A stretch of DNA of 64,000 nt from Bacteroidota bacterium (GCA_035362335.1 DAOSDL010000004.1:114759-178758); one strand, 5' to 3'; numbered from the stretch's first letter, positions 28,072 through 38,422 are shown. The notes: generated by a model not told the origin, from the letters alone. Made by a program: numbers and translations.

Positions 28072-29094
28072 TCACGAAGCCCCGCCCATGAGCGCATGCA
28101 CTTCGTCGAGCGTGAGTCGGTCCCAGGAATTATCCTTGTGGTAATGCACGTAAATGGCATCCTGGAAAATGTCGATCTTTTCGATTTTACCTTCGCCCTT
28201 GCGAGTGACGATGCGGTAATCGAGCGGCGGGAAGCGACGGAGCAATTCCTCGTAGAGCTGTGCTTCGTAGCCGAGGCAGCATTTGAGGCGGCCGCATTGG
28301 CCCGCGAGCTTGAAGGGATTCAGCGTCAGATTCTGCAAGCGCGCCATGTCGGTGGAAATGGGTTCGAAATTACCGAGCCACGAACTGCAGCATAATTCCC
28401 GACCACACACACCGAATCCACCCATGCGCTTCGCTTCGTCGCGCGGGCCGATTTGCCGCAATTCGATGCGCGTGCGGTATTCGGCCGCCAGTTCGCGCAC
28501 GAGTTGACGGAAATCCACGCGTCCATCGGCGGTGAAGTAGAAGGTAATGCGGTTGCGATCGAATTGGTACTCGACATCCACGAGTTTCATCGGGAGATCG
28601 AGTTCCTGGATTTTCTGCAGACAGATATCGAACGCGGTGCGCTCCTGTTGCCGATGGAAACCGAGTACTCCCACATCCGCATCGCTGGCGCGGCGCAGCA
28701 CATTGCGCGGTGCCTCCTTGCAGGGACGCATGCGCAGACGGCTTTTCATGTAGGCCATCGATCCGATGGCGCCCACCAAACCGAGGTCCACGCCTTTTTC
28801 CGCTTCCACGATGACGAACTCGCCCGCCGCGAGATTTTCCACCGCGCTATTGGTGTAGTAGCCGCGACGCTCACCTTTGAACACCACCTCGACGAAGGGC
28901 GTATGGTCGACGTTCTCGCCATTCTTGTCGTCACAGCAACCGGATTTCTCCACGGGAGCGCCAGCGGGGATGTCGCCCTCCACCGGACCTTCCTCGCTGG
29001 TGAACACCAGAACGGCGTCGTCCAACTTGTGCAATTCCGCAGGCACGACGGGGCGCTGTTCGTCCGTCTCCTGCACTTCTCTATCTGTGGACAT
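28072..29094 (-). CDS. PSP1 domain protein (RicT/YaaT-like)
   Basis: 340 aa. ...VDVEYQFDRNRITFYFTADGRVDFRQLVRELAAEYRTRIELRQIGPRDEAKRMGGFGVCGRELCCSSWL... is the PSP1 C-terminal domain. It is directly downstream of holB, as in many bacteria. Confidence 0.8.
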   Translation of the reverse strand: MSTDREVQETDEQRPVVPAELHKLDDAVLVFTSEEGPVEGDIPAGAPVEKSGCCDDKNGENVDHTPFVEVVFKGERRGYYTNSAVENLAAGEFVIVEAEKGVDLGLVGAIGSMAYMKSRLRMRPCKEAPRNVLRRASDADVGVLGFHRQQERTAFDICLQKIQELDLPMKLVDVEYQFDRNRITFYFTADGRVDFRQLVRELAAEYRTRIELRQIGPRDEAKRMGGFGVCGRELCCSSWLGNFEPISTDMARLQNLTLNPFKLAGQCGRLKCCLGYEAQLYEELLRRFPPLDYRIVTRKGEGKIEKIDIFQDAIYVHYHKDNSWDRLTLDEVHALMGGAS

Positions 29095-29113
29095 GGAAAT
29101 TCCTTTCGGGGCG

Positions 29114-30229
29114 CTACTGATGGGTGACGATGCACCGTCGCAAGCGCTGCGACAGGACGATCATCAGGTTGACAAGATGCAGATTTTTCTGAATCATTTC
29201 AATTGCATTGTCAATCTCTTCCAACGCTTCGCCGCAATGCACATGGGGATAATGCTCGGCAAAGCGGGTCAGGGCGTCCCGCAAGTCCTCGTTCATCAGG
29301 CCCTCCGACGCACCCTCGTGCAGCAACAGCACGTCGCGGAACCAACTCCCCACGGCCACAAGAAAGCGAATCGCGGCCTGGCGATCGTCCTTCCCTATGG
29401 CCTGCTGAATGATGCCATGCAGTTGCATGGGATTGTTGCGTACCACCGCGCGGATGTACTCGAGCACCTCCTCGCGTGTGACCACCTGCCCTGCCAGCGC
29501 CATGTCGAGCGCATCGCCGAAGCTGCCCGACGCCATGCGCGCGGCGGCCTCGGCTATGCCTTCCTCGATCCCGTGGCGGCGCATGAGCGCGACGCGAATG
29601 TCCTCGGGACGCAGGGGATCAAAGCGGATGAGCTGGCAGCGGGAGCGGATGGTGGGCAACAAGGCATCGCGTTGACTGGTGGTGAGCACCAGCAGCATGT
29701 CGCCACCGGGTTCCTCCAGTGTTTTCAGCAATGCGTTAGCCGCGTTCGGATTCATGCGCTCGGCCTCGGAAATGATCACCACGAGGCGACCCTTGCCCTG
29801 CGCGCGGAAGGATGCGTCGCGACGGATTTCGCGGATACTGCTGACCTTGATTCCCGATGCCTTGGGGATGAGGATGCGGTGATAGGGATTGGCGGCCTTC
29901 TCATCGATCTGCGCGTTCACCTCCTCCATTTCCTCGGGAGTGAACTTGTCCAGTGGCGAACTCTCGTCGTCGCGCGCGGGCAGGGGAAACACCAGACGCA
30001 GATTCGGGTGCCGCAGCGAGTCCATCATCTCGCAGCTCGGACATTCGCCGCAGGCCGCATCCCCGCCGCGTTCACAGTTGAGCACGCGGGCGAGTTCGAT
30101 GGCCATGGCGTCCTTGCCCGATCCGGCGGGGCCGTGGAACAGCAGTGCATGCGGCAGACGCCCGCTTTCGATCATGCGCCGCAGCATGCCTTTCACCCGC
30201 TGCTGACCGACGATGCTATCCCAGGACAT
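29114..30229 (-). CDS. holB: DNA polymerase III subunit delta-prime
   Basis: MSWDSIVGQQRVKGMLRRMIESGRLPHALLFHGPAGSGKDAMAIELARVLNCE...CGECPSC is an AAA+ clamp-loader signature with a zinc module. Confidence 0.85.
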   Translation of the reverse strand: MSWDSIVGQQRVKGMLRRMIESGRLPHALLFHGPAGSGKDAMAIELARVLNCERGGDAACGECPSCEMMDSLRHPNLRLVFPLPARDDESSPLDKFTPEEMEEVNAQIDEKAANPYHRILIPKASGIKVSSIREIRRDASFRAQGKGRLVVIISEAERMNPNAANALLKTLEEPGGDMLLVLTTSQRDALLPTIRSRCQLIRFDPLRPEDIRVALMRRHGIEEGIAEAAARMASGSFGDALDMALAGQVVTREEVLEYIRAVVRNNPMQLHGIIQQAIGKDDRQAAIRFLVAVGSWFRDVLLLHEGASEGLMNEDLRDALTRFAEHYPHVHCGEALEEIDNAIEMIQKNLHLVNLMIVLSQRLRRCIVTHQ

Positions 30230-30259
30230 GACACTCCGATTTTAAAATGAACACCGCAC

Positions 30260-32365
30260 TCAGAACGCGTGGCCGATGCCGAACTGGAACACGCCTTTGC
30301 GCACCACTTCACTCCAGAGCTGGCGCTGGTAAAACCAGGCGTTTTCCCTCGACGACGGATTGAACGCCTTCATACCGAAGTCCGCGCGGATCGGCCCGAA
30401 AGGAAGATTATAGCGCAGTCCGACACCGAAAGCAAGCGCCATCTCGCTCAGGTTGAGTCTCGAAAACTCCGGCCAGAGATTTCCCGCATCGGCGAACACC
30501 ACCAGCCACAGTCCGTTGAGAATGTTTTTCGCCCGGGGAAAAAGATCCCAGCGTATTTCCGCGGACAGCTCCACCAGACCATTGCCGCCGTAGGACGAGC
30601 CGAGCGTATCCACGGCCAACTCGCGCGCCGTCCAGCCGCGGACGCTGGATGCGCCACCCGCGTAGTAGCGACGGTTCACCGGCACGGGCAAATTCTGCTC
30701 CTTGCTGTCGCCGTGGCGATGGATCATGCCCACGCGAAGACGCGCACCGAAAATCGTGGTGCCAATGGCTGACAGGTCGGTAAAATAGCGCAGAATGGTT
30801 TCGGCCTTCGTGTATTGGGTGGAGCGAATCCCCTTCGCGGCATTGGCCTGGGGCAAAGGACTGATACCCGCGCTCTCGAGCAATCCGGCTTCCTCGAAAA
30901 TGCCCTTGATCGACCAGCCCTGCGACGGATTGAAAAAATCGTTGGTCATGTCCCGTTCGAGACTGACGCTGCGTATGGCGTTGCGAAAATTGATGGTCTC
31001 GGTGGTATCGATGGAAATCAAGCCGCTGCCCAGCAACACGCGCGGATCGCCGTTGAACTCGGAAATCTCATAGGTCACGCTGGCCTCGCCCACCACACGT
31101 GGCGAGAAAAAGCGCTGCCCGCCGAGCACGAGCTGGAGAATGGTGCCCTCGGCCAGATCCGCCTCCGCCACCAGACTGTAGGCGCCGGACAGATAGCCGG
31201 AATTCCTCACCGAAAACAGATAGGGCTGTACGAAGCGCAACTGCGATGTGGCCTGATAGGTGCGCGTGAAATACGGCAGACGCCCGAGCACATTGACGCG
31301 CGACGTCAGTGCCTGCGCGCCGCCGAACACATTGCGCATGGAGAAGCTCACTTCGGCGCCGGTGCTGAGACCGCGCAGTTGATTGTTCAGCACGAGAGCC
31401 GGCGCAAGCTCGAAACGCTGCCGCGGCACAAGTTCGAGTGTGATGGGAACCAGCGAATCCGCTTCGTCCGTGATCGGCGGAAACTTCGGCGTGATTTGCA
31501 CCGAACTGAACACATCGAGTCGGATGAGATTGGTCTCGCCCTCCGCTTGCCGCGTCCGCGAGTAGATCTCCCCTTTTTCGAAGTCCAATCGATCGTAAAT
31601 GATCTGCCGCGAAAGATTCAGCTCGTCGACACCGCGGATTTCCTCGCTGATCTCGCCGAAATACAGGCGTCGGCCATAGGCGAAACCAAGCTTGATGACC
31701 ACGTTGTTGTTCGACAGCTTGCGTTCAACCACCACGCTGTCGGACGTGCCGCGCGGGAAACCATTGTCGGCCATGATGGCGAGCACGCGCTGGCGCTCGG
31801 CCTGCACGTCGTCGGCACGGTAGGGCTGCCCCGGACGCAGCAGGGAGGATGCGGAGATTTTCGCCTGTACATCGGGTGGCAGGCGCTCGAGGCGCCTGTA
31901 CGCCACCGAATCGATGCGGGAGCGAGGTCCCTCAACGATGGTGATGCTGGCGTGCGCGCCATCCTCGCGAAGGTCGAAGCTGCCATCCACTGTGGCGTGG
32001 AAAAAGCCGTTGTTCTTGTAAAACTGCCGCGCTATGCCGACGTCGTCCTGAAACAGTTGCGCATCGAAATACCGCGGCTCGGCCGACAGCGGGAAACGCG
32101 CGCCGAAGGTGTGATACAGCCACGTCGGGAAAGCGCCCGGCGTGGGACGAGTGCGGAAGCGCGAAAGGAACTCGTCTTCCGAAAACGACGCGTTGCCCGT
32201 GATGCTCACCGAGCGCGTGAGTACGGAGTCGAATTCCGTTGGTCCCAGACGCTGCGCATGCAACGGCATTTCCGGCTGGAGGACCAGCCAGAGCGCAATA
32301 AAAAGAAGCCCGGCACAGCCGCGCCGGGCAAGTTGGTGATAGCTATGGATAAGAGCCTCGATCAC
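30260..32365 (-). CDS. BamA/TamA (Omp85) family outer-membrane protein
   Basis: 701 aa with a signal/anchor, a POTRA-like N-terminal region and a C-terminal surface-antigen barrel that ends in ...FQFGIGHAF (terminal aromatic residue). Confidence 0.75.
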   Translation of the reverse strand: MIEALIHSYHQLARRGCAGLLFIALWLVLQPEMPLHAQRLGPTEFDSVLTRSVSITGNASFSEDEFLSRFRTRPTPGAFPTWLYHTFGARFPLSAEPRYFDAQLFQDDVGIARQFYKNNGFFHATVDGSFDLREDGAHASITIVEGPRSRIDSVAYRRLERLPPDVQAKISASSLLRPGQPYRADDVQAERQRVLAIMADNGFPRGTSDSVVVERKLSNNNVVIKLGFAYGRRLYFGEISEEIRGVDELNLSRQIIYDRLDFEKGEIYSRTRQAEGETNLIRLDVFSSVQITPKFPPITDEADSLVPITLELVPRQRFELAPALVLNNQLRGLSTGAEVSFSMRNVFGGAQALTSRVNVLGRLPYFTRTYQATSQLRFVQPYLFSVRNSGYLSGAYSLVAEADLAEGTILQLVLGGQRFFSPRVVGEASVTYEISEFNGDPRVLLGSGLISIDTTETINFRNAIRSVSLERDMTNDFFNPSQGWSIKGIFEEAGLLESAGISPLPQANAAKGIRSTQYTKAETILRYFTDLSAIGTTIFGARLRVGMIHRHGDSKEQNLPVPVNRRYYAGGASSVRGWTARELAVDTLGSSYGGNGLVELSAEIRWDLFPRAKNILNGLWLVVFADAGNLWPEFSRLNLSEMALAFGVGLRYNLPFGPIRADFGMKAFNPSSRENAWFYQRQLWSEVVRKGVFQFGIGHAF

Positions 32366-32386
32366 ACGAGCGCGCCCGGGGCGGGA

Positions 32387-32617
32387 TCAATAATCCTCGT
32401 TTTCTTCGTCCCCGTAGTAGAAATCCTCGTCCACAGGGAAATCCGTCCAGATGTCCTCGATTGATTCGTAGGTTTCATCGGGATCTTCAAGTTCCTGAAG
32501 ATTCTCGATGACCTGGAGAGGCGCACCGATTCGCGAGGCGTAATCGATGAGTTCGTCACGAGTGGCCGGGAATGGTGCATCATCGAGCCAGGAAGCGAGT
32601 TCCATGGTCCAAATCAT
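32387..32617 (-). CDS. DUF2795-family small protein
   Basis: 76 aa. ...FPATRDELIDYASRIGAPLQVIENLQEL...ETYESIEDI matches the DUF2795 pattern and is followed by an acidic tail. Confidence 0.65.
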   Translation of the reverse strand: MIWTMELASWLDDAPFPATRDELIDYASRIGAPLQVIENLQELEDPDETYESIEDIWTDFPVDEDFYYGDEENEDY

Positions 32618-32763
32618 GTGATGTTCTCCGCGATTGTCTATAGGTTGATGGTGAATTGCGTTCTACCAGAGCAAAAATCAACGCGCAAAGTATAGTGAAT
32701 GGGGCGCCCTTTGTCAAGGGATTCCGACACTCCCCCGACGATTTTCCTTCCGGGAGCGTCGAA

Positions 32764-32976
32764 TCAGGCCGTGTTCCCCGAATTCTCCCCTTCTGAGCTG
32801 CCGCGCAACAGGCAGCGCGCATGCTTCGCATTGTAGCGTTGCAGCGAGATGCACCACACGGCGATATCGCGCCGGCAGGCTCCGGCAACGTTTGGATTGC
32901 CGAATTCGGCTTTGGGACAGGTGAAATCGCAGTATTCCGGCGGCGAGAAATCCTTCCCGCTCTGTCGCTTGCTCAT
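32764..32976 (-). CDS. Cys-rich 70-aa protein of unknown function (tentative)
   Basis: The ATG at 32976 overlaps the TGA of the O-antigen-ligase gene (CAATGAGC). MSKRQSGKDFSPPEYCDFTCPKAEFGNPNVAGACRRDIAVWCISLQRYNAKHARC... contains 5 Cys. In the track it is hidden inside the long spurious ORF 32764..34086. Confidence 0.45.
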   Translation of the reverse strand: MSKRQSGKDFSPPEYCDFTCPKAEFGNPNVAGACRRDIAVWCISLQRYNAKHARCLLRGSSEGENSGNTA

Positions 32977-34217
32977 TGCTTTCCCCCTTCCGGCTGTATG
33001 CGCAGCGCCGCCACGGCTATTCCCGCGGTGGTCCACAGCATCAGCATGATTTCGTGATCGCCGAGATTGTATTCGGCGATACCATTGACCAACACGCCCA
33101 GCAGCGTTGCAAACGCGCCAAGCGCCACCAGAGCACCGATGCCCGTGCCACGTCGGAATCCCCGCCACAGCAGCAGTGCGTACGCGCCCAGCAGGGCCAT
33201 CATCGCGGCAAAGCCCACGATGCCATGTGTCGCGAGCAGATGCACGTAGCTGTTGTGCAAATGGCCGCCCTCGTCCTTGGTGGCATCGGGCACGTATTCG
33301 CGGTACATGCGATGCATTTCGCCATCGCCCAGACCGAACAGCGGATGATCGAGAAACATGCGCCAGCCGGTTTCCACCATGCGCAAGCGGCTGCGGTTGC
33401 TGTTGGCCAACACCTCGGCGCGCTGCACGTCCTCCGCGCTGACGGGCGAAGCCGCGCGCAAGGTGTCCGCTGGTGCGGGCGCGCCGAACTGGAACATATG
33501 CGTCACGCGATCGGTGAAGCGCGCGGGGGCCAGCAGCATGAACAGCACTCCCAGGGCCAGCAATGCTCCAAGCAGGAGGCGATACCGCAGCACACCAAGC
33601 AGCACCGCGCCCGCGGCGAATCCCAGCCAACTGCTGCGCGTCTGTGTGAGCATGAGCGCGACCAGTGTCAGCAGCACCGTGGCGGCGTACACGTAGCGCT
33701 CGCCGCGCGGCGTGGCGCGGTCCAGCAGCAGCGGAAGGAAGAGCAGCACGAGCATCATGCGTAATCCGCCAGCGGTCATGTAATGCTGGAAAAAGCCCAG
33801 GCGATCGAGCTTCGCAATGAAAAATGCCGCTATGCCCAGCAGCGAGTACGCGCCCGCGACGATGGCGAGATACATCAGGAAACGGCGCAGCTTCTGCTCG
33901 TCGCCAAGCGCGGCCGCCACGATGTACACCATGGCGATCAGCAGCACGCGCTTCGCGCTGCCGAGGGCGGACTCCGGATAGCGTGCGAACAGCACCATGA
34001 GCAGCACGGCGGCGATCCACGCAAGGAAGTACCATTCCAGTCCCGTGCGCCGCAGCACCGCGTGCCGGTCGCTCACGGCGAGCCACACAAACAGCAGCAC
34101 AGCCGCGACGAAGGCCAGCGACGACAGCGCCATGGAGAACAGTATTCCGCCCGCGCAGAGCAGCGCGGCCAGAAACAGCCCGACGCGCAGGCGATCGCTA
34201 TGCGTGACGGCGCTCAC
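32973..34217 (-). CDS. O-antigen ligase / O-antigen polymerase family (Wzy_C) membrane protein
   Basis: 414 aa with about 10-12 TM segments and a large loop that has the Wzy_C-type pattern (...TQTRSSWLGFAAGAV...). Confidence 0.7.
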   Translation of the reverse strand: MSAVTHSDRLRVGLFLAALLCAGGILFSMALSSLAFVAAVLLFVWLAVSDRHAVLRRTGLEWYFLAWIAAVLLMVLFARYPESALGSAKRVLLIAMVYIVAAALGDEQKLRRFLMYLAIVAGAYSLLGIAAFFIAKLDRLGFFQHYMTAGGLRMMLVLLFLPLLLDRATPRGERYVYAATVLLTLVALMLTQTRSSWLGFAAGAVLLGVLRYRLLLGALLALGVLFMLLAPARFTDRVTHMFQFGAPAPADTLRAASPVSAEDVQRAEVLANSNRSRLRMVETGWRMFLDHPLFGLGDGEMHRMYREYVPDATKDEGGHLHNSYVHLLATHGIVGFAAMMALLGAYALLLWRGFRRGTGIGALVALGAFATLLGVLVNGIAEYNLGDHEIMLMLWTTAGIAVAALRIQPEGGKQ

Positions 34218-36034
34218 AGGTGAAACTGCATCTGATACAGGCGATGGTACAAGCCGCCAAGGGCCAGCAGCGTTTCATGCGTGCCGGTTTCCACTACGCG
34301 GCCCGCCTCCAGCACGTATATGCGATTGGCTTTCTGAATGGTGGAAAGGCGATGCGCGATCACGATCGAGGTTCTTCCCGCCATGAGATTCTCGATGGCG
34401 TTTTGCACCAGCACTTCAGACTCGGTGTCAAGCGAGGACGTGGCTTCGTCGAGAATGAGAATGGGCGGATTCTTGTAAATGGCGCGGGCGATGGACAGGC
34501 GCTGCCGCTGTCCGCCGGACAATTTCACGCCGCGATCACCGATCACGGTGTCATAGCCCTCGGGGGTTTCCATGATGAAATCATGCGCGTTTGCGGCCCG
34601 CGCCGCTTCGATAATGCGCTCCATCGAGGCCTGCGTGTCGCCGTAAGCGATGTTCTCGCGAATGCTGGCATTGAAGAGAAATGTCTCCTGTGTGACAATT
34701 CCCATCAGTCCGCGCAGCGATGCCACGGTGAGGTCGCGTACATCGTGGCCATCGATCACCACCCGGCCTTCCGTCGCATCGTAGAAACGCGGCACGAGAT
34801 CCACCATGGTGCTCTTGCCCGCGCCGCTCGGACCCACGAGCGCGATCACCTCGCCAGCGCGGATTTCGGCATCGATGCCGTCGAGCACGGTATCGCCGGT
34901 GTCGTAGCGGAAACGCACCTTCTCGAACACGATGCGGTCGCGGAACGCGTCGATCTCCGTGGCGCCGGGCCGATCCACGATGCGCGGCACCATGTCGAGC
35001 AAACCGAACACACGCTCGGCACCCGCAACGCCCTGTGCGGTCTGATTGATCGTTTGCCCGAAATACTTCAGCGGCTGCATCATCTGCAGCATGGAAAATA
35101 TGTAGGCCACGAACACCCCGCTGCTCATGCCGCTGCGGCCCGTGAGAATCGAATCGCCCATGAACCAGAGAATCACCACCACCACCAGTACGCTGAGTGT
35201 TTCGGTGATGGGTGTGGACAATTCTCGCCGACGCTTGATGCGCACGAAGGTGCGATAATAGCGGTTGTTCTCGTCGAGGAACTTCCGCGTCTCGAATTCC
35301 TCCGTGCGAAACGCCTTGATAATGCGCATGCTCGACAATCCTTCGTCCAACACCGTGGTGATGCGGGCGATGGACTCCTGCAGCCGCTCGCTCTCGTGTT
35401 TGACCCAGTTACCGATGCGCGCCAGCACAAAACCGGTCATGGGAAGCAGGACGAGCACGAGCAAGGTCAATTGCCAGTCGATGAGAAAGAGCAGCGTGGT
35501 GTACACGAGTATCTGCGGCGGATCGCGGAACAGACTGTTCACCACGCCGATGGCCGAGTCGTTGATCAGCTGCACATCGCTGATTATGCGCGACATGAGC
35601 ATGCCCTTTTTCTCTTCGGTGAAATAACTCAGCGAGAGCCGGTTCATATGCTCGTACAGCGACTGCCGTAAATCCCGGATAATGCCCTGCTCCGCCGGAG
35701 CGATCACCCACAGCTGGGCGTAGTGGAACAGGTTTTTGAACAAAAATGAAGCGATGATGAGCAAACACAGCATGCGCAGCGCCGACACCGGATCGGTGGA
35801 GGCCAACAGGTTGTTCATCTGCCCGAACGCCCAGGGCTTGATGTTTTCCAACGAAAGCGGCGGCAGCGCGTGATACACCGGCGGCGTTTTATCGAACAGC
35901 ACGTTGATGAACGGGATGATGAGCACCACCGTGATCATGTTGAAAATCACGGAGAACAGCATCGCGACGGACGACAGGGCGAGGTTCCGCTTGTACGGCA
36001 GAACGTAGCGAAGAATGCGGGCGATGGTTTTCAT
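34214..36034 (-). CDS. ABC transporter, fused permease/ATPase (MsbA-like lipid exporter)
   Basis: 606 aa with a 6-TM exporter domain. Walker A is GPSGAGKST, the signature is LSGGQRQRLSIARA and Walker B is ILILDEATS. Confidence 0.85.
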   Translation of the reverse strand: MKTIARILRYVLPYKRNLALSSVAMLFSVIFNMITVVLIIPFINVLFDKTPPVYHALPPLSLENIKPWAFGQMNNLLASTDPVSALRMLCLLIIASFLFKNLFHYAQLWVIAPAEQGIIRDLRQSLYEHMNRLSLSYFTEEKKGMLMSRIISDVQLINDSAIGVVNSLFRDPPQILVYTTLLFLIDWQLTLLVLVLLPMTGFVLARIGNWVKHESERLQESIARITTVLDEGLSSMRIIKAFRTEEFETRKFLDENNRYYRTFVRIKRRRELSTPITETLSVLVVVVILWFMGDSILTGRSGMSSGVFVAYIFSMLQMMQPLKYFGQTINQTAQGVAGAERVFGLLDMVPRIVDRPGATEIDAFRDRIVFEKVRFRYDTGDTVLDGIDAEIRAGEVIALVGPSGAGKSTMVDLVPRFYDATEGRVVIDGHDVRDLTVASLRGLMGIVTQETFLFNASIRENIAYGDTQASMERIIEAARAANAHDFIMETPEGYDTVIGDRGVKLSGGQRQRLSIARAIYKNPPILILDEATSSLDTESEVLVQNAIENLMAGRTSIVIAHRLSTIQKANRIYVLEAGRVVETGTHETLLALGGLYHRLYQMQFHL

Positions 36035-36870
36035 GCTGCTCCTCCCCCATCCGTTTCGTGGACTATGCCCAGGCGGCAGCGCATGCGGCCCTCGGCCACG
36101 CGATGCTCGTACAAATCCTTGCTGCGCTGGGGAATGCTGGTGCGGGGATGGTGCATGTGGTATTGAATTGCGAGATGCCGGATGGATTTGGCCCGCAGAC
36201 CGAGGAGTTCCAGGCGAAATTGCACATCGCTGTCCTCGCCCAGACCGGGACCGTCGTAGGCTTCGTCGAAGCCGTTGATCGCGAGAAGATGCTCCCGGGC
36301 CACGGAAAAATTGCTCCCGAGCATGCCCCTCGGCGAAGCATGTAATATGCGCCGGATGAGGGGACTTTCAAAGCGCAGAGCATCCTCGACACGCACCGCG
36401 GCTCCGCGCACACCCTCCCACCACTCGCGCGGACCGATGCGCTCGAAGCGCCCGCTACGTATGCCATCCACACCCAGCGCCGCCGTCCAGCGCGCGCTCA
36501 TCTCGGCACGACGCCCGCAGAGAAACACTCCCTCCTCGCGATTGGCGGCATGATCCTCGAGAAAGCGCCGATGCGGTATGCAGTCGCCGTCGATGAACAC
36601 CATCCACGCGCCATGCGCCTCGCGGATGGCGCTGTTGAGCATGACGTTTTTCCGCCATCCCTTGTCCTCGTGCCAGAGGTGGCGCACGGGAAAGGGCAAG
36701 TGCGCGCGCAGTTCGCGCACAAGCTCCGCAATATCCTCGGCCGAGCCATCATCGGCCACGAGCAACTCGGCGTCGGTCCAGCTTTGCCGCTTCAGCGCCT
36801 CGAGCACTAGGCGCAGGCGCTCGGGCTGCCGATACACCGCGATGACCAGACTCAGTGCGGGAGCGCTCAT
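36031..36870 (-). CDS. Glycosyltransferase family 2
   Basis: Trimmed to the ATG at 36870, which overlaps the GT9 stop by 4 nt. LSLVIAVYRQPERLRLVLEALKRQSW...LLVADDGS...FIDGDCIP is the GT-A fold with a DXD motif. Confidence 0.8.
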   Translation of the reverse strand: MSAPALSLVIAVYRQPERLRLVLEALKRQSWTDAELLVADDGSAEDIAELVRELRAHLPFPVRHLWHEDKGWRKNVMLNSAIREAHGAWMVFIDGDCIPHRRFLEDHAANREEGVFLCGRRAEMSARWTAALGVDGIRSGRFERIGPREWWEGVRGAAVRVEDALRFESPLIRRILHASPRGMLGSNFSVAREHLLAINGFDEAYDGPGLGEDSDVQFRLELLGLRAKSIRHLAIQYHMHHPRTSIPQRSKDLYEHRVAEGRMRCRLGIVHETDGGGAA

Positions 36871-37886
36871 GTCGCACGCTCTCCGAGCGCGCGCAGCAGC
36901 GCGTCGGCCACTCGCTGCGGCGCTATGCCTTTCATACACACGGGATCGGGACAGTCGGTGCGGCGACAGCAGATCGTGTCGATATCGTCGGCTTGCAGCA
37001 CCGTGGCACGCTCGCCCCAGGGGCCCTGGCTTTTCGGATTCGATGGTCCGTACAGCGCAACCACGGCGGGACGCAGCGCGGTGGCGATGTGCAGCGGTCC
37101 GCTGTCGTTGCCCACAATGGCGGCGCATCGGTCGATGAGCGCGGCCGTGTCGCGCAAGGAAAGCCGCGGCGCGGCATGGACGCGTCCGGGAGCGTGCGCG
37201 GCAAGTGCCTCTGCGTCGGCGCGCTCGACATCGTTGCCCCAGAACACCACGAAACGCTGCTCGCGGAACTCCGGCATCGTCACCAGTTCCATCCAATACG
37301 GCAGCGGCCATTTCTTGGAAGCATACCCGCCCGTGGGGATGATGCCTATCACGGCATCGTTATCGCTACACCCCATCGCTCGCCATTGTCCATCGGCACG
37401 CTCCCGCTCGTCGTCGGCGATGCGCCACACCAGAGAGCGCGTGCGCAGCGGAATGCCCATGTACTGCAACACGAACAGATTGAACTCGGCCTCATGTCCA
37501 TGATTGGCCGCATGCGCGGAGAGCCGGTGATTGTACAGCCATTTGCGTCCGCGAAAATCGAAACCGATGCGTGTGTGCGCGCCCGACACCACGGATTGAA
37601 TCGCCGTGGCGGGCGAGCAGATGAGGTCGATGCTCAGATCGAAACGCTGCCGCCGCAAACGACGCAGGAAGCCCAACTGCCAGCGGATGCTCTCATCCTC
37701 GAACAGCAGCACTTCGTCCACATCCGGGTTGTTGTGCAACACCAAAGCGCTGGCGGTGCGCACCACATAGGCGATATGCGCCGTCGGATAGGCCAGGCGC
37801 AGGTTGGCCAGCAACGGCGTGGTCCACAGCACATCGCCGATACCGCTCATGCGGATGACGAGAATGGATTCGGCGGGAAATTTCAT
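36867..37886 (-). CDS. Glycosyltransferase family 9 (LPS heptosyltransferase-like)
   Basis: 339 aa. ILVIRMSGIGDVLWTTPLLANLRLAYPTAHIAYVV...IVGNDSGPLHIA are GT9 hallmarks. Confidence 0.85.
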   Translation of the reverse strand: MKFPAESILVIRMSGIGDVLWTTPLLANLRLAYPTAHIAYVVRTASALVLHNNPDVDEVLLFEDESIRWQLGFLRRLRRQRFDLSIDLICSPATAIQSVVSGAHTRIGFDFRGRKWLYNHRLSAHAANHGHEAEFNLFVLQYMGIPLRTRSLVWRIADDERERADGQWRAMGCSDNDAVIGIIPTGGYASKKWPLPYWMELVTMPEFREQRFVVFWGNDVERADAEALAAHAPGRVHAAPRLSLRDTAALIDRCAAIVGNDSGPLHIATALRPAVVALYGPSNPKSQGPWGERATVLQADDIDTICCRRTDCPDPVCMKGIAPQRVADALLRALGERAT

Positions 37887-37922
37887 CGTGTGTGACGCGT
37901 CCGGAATCGCTTGCCCGTGATC

Positions 37923-38405
37923 CTAAAACTTGTAGCCGATGGTCCGCAAAAACGCCTTGCGCGCGGCGATGTCCTCTTCGTTCTCTATACCCTGCGAAGG
38001 CATGCCATCGATCACCCCGAGAATGCCGCGCCCTTGTTCGGTCTCGGCGATGATGACTTCCGTGGGATTGGCGGTTGCGCAGTGAATGCGCGCCACCTCG
38101 GGCACCATTTTCACTGTGTTGAGAATGTTGATGGGGAAACCCTCCTCCATCATGATGATAAAGGTGTGGCCGGCGGACAGCGCGTAGGCATTGCGCCGGG
38201 CGAGGTCGATCAATTCCTCGCTGTTGCCCGACCAGCGCACCAGCGCCTTGCCGGAGGCCTCGCAAAAAGCGATGCCGAATTTCATCCGCGGCGCGGTCTG
38301 GACAATGGCTTCGTGAATGTCCTCGACCGTCTTGATGAAATGCGCGTGACCGAGGATGAAGTTCATGTCCTCGGGTTTTTCGATGCGCAACACGTGCAAT
38401 TGCAT
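37923..38405 (-). CDS. Adenosine-specific kinase family protein (PF04008-like)
   Basis: Trimmed to the ATG at 38405. MQLHVLRIEKPEDMNFILGHAHFIKTVEDIHEAIV...FGIAFCEASG...CATANPTEVIIAETEQGRGILGVIDG...AFLRTIGYKF closely follows the family consensus as I remember it. Confidence 0.75.
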   Translation of the reverse strand: MQLHVLRIEKPEDMNFILGHAHFIKTVEDIHEAIVQTAPRMKFGIAFCEASGKALVRWSGNSEELIDLARRNAYALSAGHTFIIMMEEGFPINILNTVKMVPEVARIHCATANPTEVIIAETEQGRGILGVIDGMPSQGIENEEDIAARKAFLRTIGYKF

Positions 38406-38422
38406 GTCCAAGCTCCTTCTCG

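Noticed and set aside
36871-37311. N-terminal extension of the GT2 ORF (track ORF 36031..37311)
   Set aside because: The extension overlaps the GT9 gene in another frame and is Arg/Ala-rich. The ATG at 36870 gives a normal GT2 N-terminus and a 4-nt overlap with the GT9 stop.
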